From the NCBI GenBank assembly GCA_964401865.1, contig CAYNZZ010000002.1, forward strand, positions 60,001-92,000: a stretch of DNA of 32,000 nt, in the 5' to 3' direction. Positions 9,742-16,848 of the stretch are shown piece after piece. The number at the start of each line of letters is the position of its first letter. The first letter of the stretch is position 1. The position numbers were made by a program, and so were the translations under genes. The DNA comes from an uncultured Erysipelotrichaceae bacterium (lineage in GTDB: Bacteria > Bacillota_I > Bacilli_A > Erysipelotrichales > Erysipelotrichaceae). The notes beneath the pieces are model-generated. The model worked only from the letters and a program-made list of their open reading frames with translations. It made no database searches and was not told where the DNA came from.

Positions 9742-9843
9742 TATAATGAAAGTGTGAAAAACTATTTCTTCAATTATTGGAAAAGCCTTTAAATAAGGGC
9801 TTTCCTGTAATTGCGTTTAATAGAAAACAGTCATAAATTAACA

Positions 9844-9867
9844 CTGTAACTAACATAAACTAACAAA
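9844..9867. repeat. left boundary direct repeat (attL-like): CTGTAACTAACATAAACTAACAAA
   Basis: Matches 16849-16873 except for a single-A indel. It contains an internal tandem AACTAACA x2. Confidence 0.75.
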
Positions 9868-9870
9868 TTA

Positions 9871-9900
9871 AGAGGGCAAATTAGCCCTCTATTTTTATTT
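9871..9900. terminator. hairpin AGAGGGC-aaatta-GCCCTCT plus T-run
   Basis: 7-bp GC-rich stem (9871-9877 / 9884-9890) followed by ATTTTTATTTT on the plus strand. The stop codon of the integrase relic (9883-9881) lies in the loop. It now acts as the first strong terminator downstream of rsmB. Confidence 0.7.
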
Positions 9901-10030
9901 TATTTACTTCTTGTATTAGATATTTAATAGGTGCGTGTGTGTAAACATCATCGGTTATATCTTGACTAGAATGTCCCATAATTTTTTTGCGTGCATATTC
10001 GCTAAGAGCCATAGAAATCGCCAAGCAAGC
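9881..10030 (-). pseudogene. 3'-terminal relic of a tyrosine recombinase / phage integrase (49 codons)
   Basis: The minus-strand frame reads ACLAISMALSEYARKKIMGHSSQDITDDVYTHAPIKYLIQEVNKIKIEG*. The (L/M)GHSS...T...YTH block is the box II / catalytic-Tyr signature of tyrosine recombinases. The frame is closed upstream by TGA (10033-10031) and nothing upstream looks integrase-like. Confidence 0.65.
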
Positions 10031-13000
10031 TCATACGAAGGTATTAAGAATATAGTATCTAATACTAATACCGCACAAGATATAGAGTATAACTTCTTAA
10101 AAGCATTTAGGAATGCAAAGATTGACACTTCAAATATTAAAGTAGCTGGAGATTTAGTGTATAGTACGAATTCTAATTTTGAAGATGCCGTTGAATCCAT
10201 TAGTAATGGAACATTTACTAGTTCAGCTAATGCTATAGAAGTGCGAAATAATTCTCCTAAATGGATGACTGATTTGGGCTACAACGATTATCCGATGCTT
10301 ATGACAGAAAATCATATAAAAAATGGCATGGGAATTGGCGCGAAAGGAAACCAACACAATATTTCAAAAGAGACTTTTAAGCAACTTCCTAAATTATTAG
10401 AAGATCCAATCGGTGTATTTAAGTATCAGAATGATAGTATTGTCGCTTTAGTAAAAGCAATAGATAATGATAATCGTGTTATGTTAGTTGCGATTAAACC
10501 TGACGGAAGTGGAAAATATAACAATGTTGATATTGATTCAAACTTTATTTTAAGTTCTTATGGAAAAGAAAATTTAATTAGTTATTTTAACAAAAAACTT
10601 GATGGAAATCTAATTTACCCAGCCGGAAAAACAAAAAAAGATATCATTACTGAGACTCTTTGGCTCCAATTGCCAAAGAAACAGTCTATCGGAAGCTCGA
10701 GGCTCCAATCGCCAGGGACATCCGATGGATATCTTTATGACAATAATATCTCAAATAATGAAACAAATGTCAATAAGAATTCTTTACCGATAGAAGATTA
10801 TTCAAATTCTACTAATACAGAAACAGAGACAAATAATCGCAAACAAAAGCAATTAGATATTATTCTAAAAGAAAATCCAGTTTATGATGATTACCACACT
10901 TGGATTAGTAATATAGATGATATAAAAACATTTGAAGAAACACTCCAAGATAGTGATTGGGAAGGTTGGGAAGAAAGCGATTTCGATCCTGATTATACAG
11001 GGCATATGGCAAAAGAAGCGTTGAATAATGGCGAAATCACCGTATACAGTTCAAATCCTATTGAAAATGGTATCTTTGTAACTCCTTCAAGAATGGAAGC
11101 AGAATCATATTCTAGCAATGGACAAGTGTATTCAAAGAAAATGAATTTGGATGATATAGCCTGGATAGATCCAACGCAAGGAATGGTAGCTAAGATTGAT
11201 AATAACAAATATTCTATTGATCTAAATAATGATGAGCAACAAAATAATTCTTTTAATATAAATAGAGCTAAGAAACTATCTCCTAATTCTTTTACCAAAA
11301 ATGGAAGTTTATTAAGTACAATTAAACAATTATTGAATATGAAAAAAGACCCAGGAAGATATGGTTTTGTGGTTACTGATACAAACGATGCTCTTGACTT
11401 TATTGGTATAAATAGTGAGATTTATCTAGATAATAAAACTAGAAGTAAAATCAACAATAAGCACGGTATAAGCGATGAATTAATAGCTGACTTATTAGAT
11501 AATATTGACGATTATGTAGTATTGGGAACTGATTATGTTGACAATAGAAACAAAACACCTTTAAAAACTGCTATCTTAGAAAAAGGAGATAATATTTATA
11601 TTCTTTCCTTAAAAGGTAAGGATGTTAGAGGGTATGAAGTAAATAATATTTCGAGTTTATATGATAAAGACAATTTCTCTGAATATTTGAATGGTTTAAT
11701 TGAAAATGGCAACAAACTATATAAAAATGAAAAAAGCGACAATTTTGTATCGCGTTTTACCCTCGCAAGGGGTAGCGTGGATACGGCTGTCGCTTCTAAT
11801 AACAATATCTCAAATAAATCATCAAATGTCAAATCTAACGAAACATTAGATTATATAGAAGATCAATACAATATCAAAGATGAAAGAATAAATGAACTAT
11901 ATAACAAAATGGTAGATGAAATAAAGAATGATGGTTTTATATATGATGATACTTATAATGAGATAGTTGATTATATTGTAGAGAATGCCAAAGTAGAAAA
12001 CATCAATCCATTAAAAGAAGATGCTAAGGAATTCTTTAAAAACAGAACTTTCTATTTGCCATCAAAATATTCAAGAGATATATCAGGCGAGAATATGTTC
12101 ATCACTAATCAAAGTTTACCTAACGGAATGAAACTTACTAAAAATGTGAACGCTGAAAGTTTAGATTCTGCGCTTCATGAATTTGAAAGCAAACATCCGG
12201 AAATAGGGGACAGTTGGGGCATTGATGAAACCGACCGTTTAAATAGTCTATTAAATTTATTGAGAAGTGATGATTATGTTTCTTTAAAACAAATTAACGG
12301 CGAAGAAATGTTAAGACAAGATGCTATTAGTGATTTAAATAGATTTATTGATGATATATATCTTGAAAATGATATCCAAAAATATAATGATTCTTTAAAA
12401 GAATACGGATCTATTAAACAAGGCGAAAGTCCAAAAACGGATTTTGAAGCACCTAAACAAACCGATGCCAATACCAAGACCAGACAATTTGTAAGAACGA
12501 TAGGTGAAAGCGGTGTTATGGATAATGAAGCCTTAAAGGCCGAAATAGGCAAAGGGACATTTGCTTATCGCCCTGAATCTAATAAAAGATTAGTTGAAAG
12601 AGCTAAAAAAGAATTAGACGGTTTAAGTAAAGAAGATGCTTTATATAGGTTCTATACAAGTAAAAACAATTCATCTAGAATTGCAAAGGGTGAAGTCTTA
12701 TTAAATTACTTAGGTTCTATCGGTGATACAGAAAATGCCATTAAGGTTGCTTCTGAATTAGCCACTCAATTAACTGAGGCCAGTAAACAAACTCAGGCAT
12801 CTAGAATTTTAAAACGCTTAACTCCTGAAGGTAGACTTGTAACTTTAGAACAAAACATCAATAAAATTCAAAATATCCTTGATATCAATCATGGAAATAA
12901 AGAAATTGAAATTGAAGTTCCAACTGAATTAAAAGAAAAAGTATTAAACAGTAAGAATGAAACCGAGTTAAATCAAGCGTTAGAAGAAATATCTAGAAAT

Positions 13001-15502
13001 GTCGCTGAACAGATACCGCCAACATTAAAAGATAAACTTGATACTTGGCGTTATTTATCAATGCTTGGAAATCATAGAACTCATATCCGTAATATACTTG
13101 GCAATGCTATCTTTTCGCCGGTTGTCGATATTAAAAATTATGTAGGAACAGCTATAGAATCTTTCGCTCAAAAACAAGGTCTTATCGATACCAGAACTAA
13201 AACTTTATTACACAATCATATGAATGTCAGTGATAAAGCATTATACGATTTTGCCAAAGCTGATTATGATAGTTTCGCTAAAAATATTATCCAAGAAAAT
13301 GGTAAGTACGATATTAGCGAACTGGTGCAAAAATATAAAAAAGCCTTTAAAGACAAAGGTGTAGGTAAATGGATAAATAAGGCTGCGGAATTAAATGGAA
13401 AATTATTAGATGCGGAAGATATCCTTTTCTCTAAAAACAGATACGCAAAATCTTTAGCTCAATATATGAAAGCTAATAATCTAACCGAGAACGATGTAAA
13501 TACCGAACTATTCCAAAAAGGTCAAGATTATGCGATGCAAGAAGCCTTAAAGGCGACATATCGTGATGATAACATGATAGCTAATTGGATAAACGAATTT
13601 GCCAACATAAATAAAGTTACTCGATTTATTACAGATGCAGTGCTTCCTTTTAAGAAAACACCTATGAACATTGTCAAAAGAGGTATTGAGTATTCGCCAG
13701 CTAATCTTTTATACACTGTAACTAAAAGGGCCGGCGATCTAAAAAGCGGAAAGATTACCGCTAATGAATATATCGATAGTTTATCGCAAGGTTTAACCGG
13801 AACAGGTATTGCCTTATTAGGAATGTTTTTAGCATCAAAAGGCATCTTGAAAATTACAGACGATGATAAGGACCGTAAACAAAGATACGATAATGAGTTA
13901 GGAGAACAGACTTATTCAATTCAATTTCCTTTTGGTTCTTATACTATAGACTGGGCATCTCCGGTAATTATGCCAATGGCAGTTGGTGCGGAATTATGGC
14001 GACAACTATTTGAGGAAAGTGATGATAATTTTGGCGATAGAGCCTTAGACATGATTACTTCGGTAGCTGAACCAATATTCGAAACTTCAATGTTGTCGGG
14101 GCTAATGAATATGATAAATTCTTATGGCGATGGAAACAGTGCAAAAGCGGTGGATATGATACTCGGTGCTACAAGTTCTTATGCACTTCAATATATCCCA
14201 ACAGGATTAGGTCAAGTAGCTAGAATAATAGATGGTACGCAAAGAACCACATATCCAAATAAAGGGGCTGTGGATAAATTTAAGCGACAACTATTTAATA
14301 AAATTCCGTGGTTGTCTATGTTGAACCAACCATCTATCAACTCTAAAGGCGAAGAAGTACAAAGAGAAGACTTAGGAATGGGAATGTTTGGTAGATTCTT
14401 ACTTGAATCGTCTCCAGGCTACTATAAATCAAATAAGTCTGATGAGTTCTCTGATGAGCTGTTAAGACTATATGACGCGACAAGCGAAGATAATGTATTA
14501 CCTGCAAGCAGTACAACTCAAATCAGTTATGATGGGGAAAAATACAAATTATACGATGAAGAATTTACAAATTTCCAAAAGACCAAGAACAAGTTAGGCT
14601 ATGACTATGTACAAGAGTTTATGAATTCAATGGGTTATTCTTCTTTGAATGATAGTGAAAAAGCGGGTATCATAAGCGATATTAGAGATTATGCAACCAA
14701 ACAAGCCAAGAGTGAGTTCTTAGGAACAAGAGGAGTCGATTTCGAAGACACCGGACTAGATAAGATTAATGGTGCATTAGATAATGATATAAACTTATAT
14801 GATTACTTTGCTACCAAAAATGAATATAATAGTTTAAATGGCGATGATAAGAAATTAGATTATATTGATCATCTAGAAGATAGCGATATTTCAAGTTCAG
14901 GTAAAAACTATATGTATGATATACAGTACGGAGATTCAAAATTCGCTAATTCAATTAACGATTTTGCCGATGATTACAATGTTGACGATAAAACAGCATT
15001 TGAAATCAAGAAGACCAGTACCATTGAAGGAGTGAAAGATAGTAACGGTAATACTATCCCTAACTCAAAAGCTCTGCAAGTAAGAAAGGAACTTGAAGAT
15101 TTAGGACAGTATGATAATTTAATTGATTATCTGTCAGATAACGGACTAAAGCCAAATGATATCGGTTTAACTAAGAAAGTAGTTTCTATGAGCGATAATG
15201 AATTTATGAGCGAGTATGAATCGATGTTTAGCGGTAGGGCAGTAGCTGATATTCCATCAACAAAACGCACTCGTTCAAATACTTCTAAAAAGCAAACACA
15301 AGCAATGATTAAAAAGATAAAGAATATAAGTGGTGATACTTATAAACAAATAAATGACATTCTTGAAAGGTTTGTTTATAACAAGAAATCAGTAAATTCT
15401 AGCAAAGTTAAAGTAGAATTTCAAAAAGCCGGTTTAACAGACATAATTCAAAAATATTTAAAAGAAAATCCATATGTCGATAAGTCGGTGTTTGGACTAT
15501 AA
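9935..15502 (+). CDS. giant 1855-codon ORF, phage/ICE polyvalent-protein-like, probably 5'-truncated (true start unknown)
   Basis: Uninterrupted 5.57 kb frame in AT-rich DNA. Contains two paralogous ~165-aa modules, a middle domain, a long helical region and a hydrophobic core. The first ~35-50 codons are simply the antisense of the integrase relic. No SD-preceded start is found in the first ~400 nt. Confidence 0.6.
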   Translation: MCVNIIGYILTRMSHNFFACIFAKSHRNRQASSYEGIKNIVSNTNTAQDIEYNFLKAFRNAKIDTSNIKVAGDLVYSTNSNFEDAVESISNGTFTSSANAIEVRNNSPKWMTDLGYNDYPMLMTENHIKNGMGIGAKGNQHNISKETFKQLPKLLEDPIGVFKYQNDSIVALVKAIDNDNRVMLVAIKPDGSGKYNNVDIDSNFILSSYGKENLISYFNKKLDGNLIYPAGKTKKDIITETLWLQLPKKQSIGSSRLQSPGTSDGYLYDNNISNNETNVNKNSLPIEDYSNSTNTETETNNRKQKQLDIILKENPVYDDYHTWISNIDDIKTFEETLQDSDWEGWEESDFDPDYTGHMAKEALNNGEITVYSSNPIENGIFVTPSRMEAESYSSNGQVYSKKMNLDDIAWIDPTQGMVAKIDNNKYSIDLNNDEQQNNSFNINRAKKLSPNSFTKNGSLLSTIKQLLNMKKDPGRYGFVVTDTNDALDFIGINSEIYLDNKTRSKINNKHGISDELIADLLDNIDDYVVLGTDYVDNRNKTPLKTAILEKGDNIYILSLKGKDVRGYEVNNISSLYDKDNFSEYLNGLIENGNKLYKNEKSDNFVSRFTLARGSVDTAVASNNNISNKSSNVKSNETLDYIEDQYNIKDERINELYNKMVDEIKNDGFIYDDTYNEIVDYIVENAKVENINPLKEDAKEFFKNRTFYLPSKYSRDISGENMFITNQSLPNGMKLTKNVNAESLDSALHEFESKHPEIGDSWGIDETDRLNSLLNLLRSDDYVSLKQINGEEMLRQDAISDLNRFIDDIYLENDIQKYNDSLKEYGSIKQGESPKTDFEAPKQTDANTKTRQFVRTIGESGVMDNEALKAEIGKGTFAYRPESNKRLVERAKKELDGLSKEDALYRFYTSKNNSSRIAKGEVLLNYLGSIGDTENAIKVASELATQLTEASKQTQASRILKRLTPEGRLVTLEQNINKIQNILDINHGNKEIEIEVPTELKEKVLNSKNETELNQALEEISRNVAEQIPPTLKDKLDTWRYLSMLGNHRTHIRNILGNAIFSPVVDIKNYVGTAIESFAQKQGLIDTRTKTLLHNHMNVSDKALYDFAKADYDSFAKNIIQENGKYDISELVQKYKKAFKDKGVGKWINKAAELNGKLLDAEDILFSKNRYAKSLAQYMKANNLTENDVNTELFQKGQDYAMQEALKATYRDDNMIANWINEFANINKVTRFITDAVLPFKKTPMNIVKRGIEYSPANLLYTVTKRAGDLKSGKITANEYIDSLSQGLTGTGIALLGMFLASKGILKITDDDKDRKQRYDNELGEQTYSIQFPFGSYTIDWASPVIMPMAVGAELWRQLFEESDDNFGDRALDMITSVAEPIFETSMLSGLMNMINSYGDGNSAKAVDMILGATSSYALQYIPTGLGQVARIIDGTQRTTYPNKGAVDKFKRQLFNKIPWLSMLNQPSINSKGEEVQREDLGMGMFGRFLLESSPGYYKSNKSDEFSDELLRLYDATSEDNVLPASSTTQISYDGEKYKLYDEEFTNFQKTKNKLGYDYVQEFMNSMGYSSLNDSEKAGIISDIRDYATKQAKSEFLGTRGVDFEDTGLDKINGALDNDINLYDYFATKNEYNSLNGDDKKLDYIDHLEDSDISSSGKNYMYDIQYGDSKFANSINDFADDYNVDDKTAFEIKKTSTIEGVKDSNGNTIPNSKALQVRKELEDLGQYDNLIDYLSDNGLKPNDIGLTKKVVSMSDNEFMSEYESMFSGRAVADIPSTKRTRSNTSKKQTQAMIKKIKNISGDTYKQINDILERFVYNKKSVNSSKVKVEFQKAGLTDIIQKYLKENPYVDKSVFGL

Positions 15503-15530
15503 AGGGAGCTTAATTGCTCCCTGTTTTTTA
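15503..15530. terminator. terminator hairpin AGGGAGC-ttaatt-GCTCCCT plus T-run, shared by the convergent giant ORF and abi
   Basis: 7-bp stem directly after the TAA stop (15500-15502), followed by GTTTTTTATT. The abi stop codon is at 15540. An identical copy lies at 16784-16804. Confidence 0.8.
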
Positions 15531-15539
15531 TTGTTAAAA

Positions 15540-16475
15540 TCATATTTTTTCTTGTTTTATGCAATGACTATTTATTAAGTATAAAGTACTTTTCCAGTTT
15601 TTTTCAAAACCGTAGTCTTTGATAAAATCAGCTTTATAATGTTTTTCAATATTTTTTATTTTTTCTATTACTCGCTTACCCAAACTTTGATTAGGATTTA
15701 CATATAATAAAGACAAAACCAAAGCATATGTAGAACTTGAATCGAATGAACCTAAAGCGATTTTGGTCGGATTGTATTGCATAGGTTTAATAGGGTGTTT
15801 TTTTCTATATAATCTTTGATAATGGCAACATTGATTTCTTAAATAAGAAACAGAATGGTAAAGGCTTTCCAATTTTTCGTAGCTAATATCGTTATATCCA
15901 ACTTTTAAAACAGCCTTTTTATCTTTTGTTTTTAGTGTTGAGTAAAATTTTGAAATCATGCCTAGAGACATCAGTTCAACTAATGCCCAGATAGGAATGA
16001 AACCGTTATAAACTTTGTTATGGTGTTGAACGATTAGGTTATATGAATTCTTTTTATTAACATCACTGCAACGTTTTAAAAAATCTATAACTTCACAATA
16101 ATTTGATTGATTTTTAATAAAAAAGTTTGACGGTTCTAGATAACCCAAAGAACCATAAGTTAATGCAAAATAATTAGCTATTTGTGTTTTTAAATACACC
16201 TCGATATCATTTATCAATTCAAAAAGAGCAGAACGAATTTCTTTATCTACTATGTATATGTTATAAATTTGCTCGAATGTTATATTATCTTTAAATTTAT
16301 CGTTAGAATCTAAAAAATCAATCATATATCCACTTAAACGATAGTAATTCTCGTGTTTAAGAATACATAAAGCATTATCTGGATTTTTGACAATTAGTTT
16401 TTTATCGTTAATAAGGTGATTTAATTGTTGTTCAAAAGTTAAGGCAGGTTTCATTTTTGCTTCTTTCTTTTCCAT
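15540..16475 (-). CDS. abortive-infection protein, Abi_2 (AbiD/AbiF-like) family, HEPN-type
   Basis: Family-typical YYRLSGY near the N-terminus and SYLRNQCCHYQRLY (R-x4-H) near the C-terminus. Start chosen at ATG 16475 (MEKKEAK...) because AGAGG lies 7 nt upstream. The ORF-track start at 16508 has no SD. Confidence 0.85.
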   Translation of the reverse strand: MEKKEAKMKPALTFEQQLNHLINDKKLIVKNPDNALCILKHENYYRLSGYMIDFLDSNDKFKDNITFEQIYNIYIVDKEIRSALFELINDIEVYLKTQIANYFALTYGSLGYLEPSNFFIKNQSNYCEVIDFLKRCSDVNKKNSYNLIVQHHNKVYNGFIPIWALVELMSLGMISKFYSTLKTKDKKAVLKVGYNDISYEKLESLYHSVSYLRNQCCHYQRLYRKKHPIKPMQYNPTKIALGSFDSSSTYALVLSLLYVNPNQSLGKRVIEKIKNIEKHYKADFIKDYGFEKNWKSTLYLINSHCIKQEKI

Positions 16476-16542
16476 AAATACCTCTAAAAAAAGAGCATTC
16501 TGGGCCACATTGTTAAGAGGTGCGAATGCTACGATTAATCAA

Positions 16543-16570
16543 ATTATACCAATTTTATTAAAGTTGTCAA
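16543..16570 (-). promoter_or_regulatory. consensus sigma-A promoter for abi (TTGACA-16 nt-TATAAT)
   Basis: On the minus strand: TTGACA = 16570-16565, a 16-nt spacer, TATAAT = 16548-16543. It lies about 65 nt upstream of the abi ATG. Confidence 0.75.
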
Positions 16571-16625
16571 ATTATTTGTGTTGTCTAAACGCTAAAATAA
16601 ATATTATTTTATATATTGAGAGAAG

Positions 16626-16658
16626 AAAAAAAGATGATACAATGTTTCGCCTCATCTT
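16626..16658 (-). terminator. possible minus-strand terminator/insulator upstream of the abi promoter
   Basis: AAGATGA (16631-16637) / TCATCTT (16652-16658) with a 14-nt loop. On the minus strand it is followed by T7 (16632-16626). The stem is weak and AT-rich. Confidence 0.35.
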
Positions 16659-16783
16659 GAAAGTGATGATATATAAGGTTTTTAAAACCGTAACATCATA
16701 TTGCGACTCACTAAAAAGAACTCAGACATTTATCACACCAAAGGGCAGAGAAACATTTAGAACATTGTTTTTTAAAGATTATT

Positions 16784-16810
16784 AAGGGAGCTTAATTGCT
16801 CCCTTTTTTG
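16784..16810. repeat. second, identical copy of the AAGGGAGCTTAATTGCTCCCT terminator hairpin
   Basis: A 21/21 match to 15502-15522, followed by TTTTTTG. Flanking similarity extends a few nt upstream (GAYTATWAAGGG) and more loosely downstream (TTGTTTWATGCAAT). Confidence 0.85.
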
Positions 16811-16848
16811 TTATTTTTGTTTAATGCAATATTTTCTTAATATTTACT

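Noticed and set aside
9779-9805. Hairpin GGAAAAGCC...GGCTTTCC downstream of rsmB, considered as the native rsmB terminator
   Set aside because: The stem has a bulge and a G-U pair and is not followed by a T-run on either strand. The hairpin at 9871-9900 is the convincing terminator. It is kept only as a note because it lies in the ghost-rlmN / old-junction region.
9955-10200. 81-aa minus-strand ORF overlapping the start of the giant ORF
   Set aside because: It is in a different frame from the integrase-like peptide and shows no integrase motifs. It is most likely a chance antisense frame.
10993-13845. Four antisense ORFs of 78-105 aa inside the giant gene (10993-11298, 11596-11832, 12274-12552, 13528-13845)
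   Set aside because: All are antisense to a much longer, clearly coding frame. None has an SD or recognisable motifs, and their composition mirrors the sense strand.
16510-16785. 91-aa plus-strand ORF (TTG start) between abi and the second hairpin
   Set aside because: It overlies the minus-strand consensus promoter, 5' leader and upstream hairpin of abi. It has a non-ATG start without SD and a low-complexity Ile/Leu/Lys composition typical of AT-rich noncoding DNA. It was treated as regulatory/intergenic sequence.
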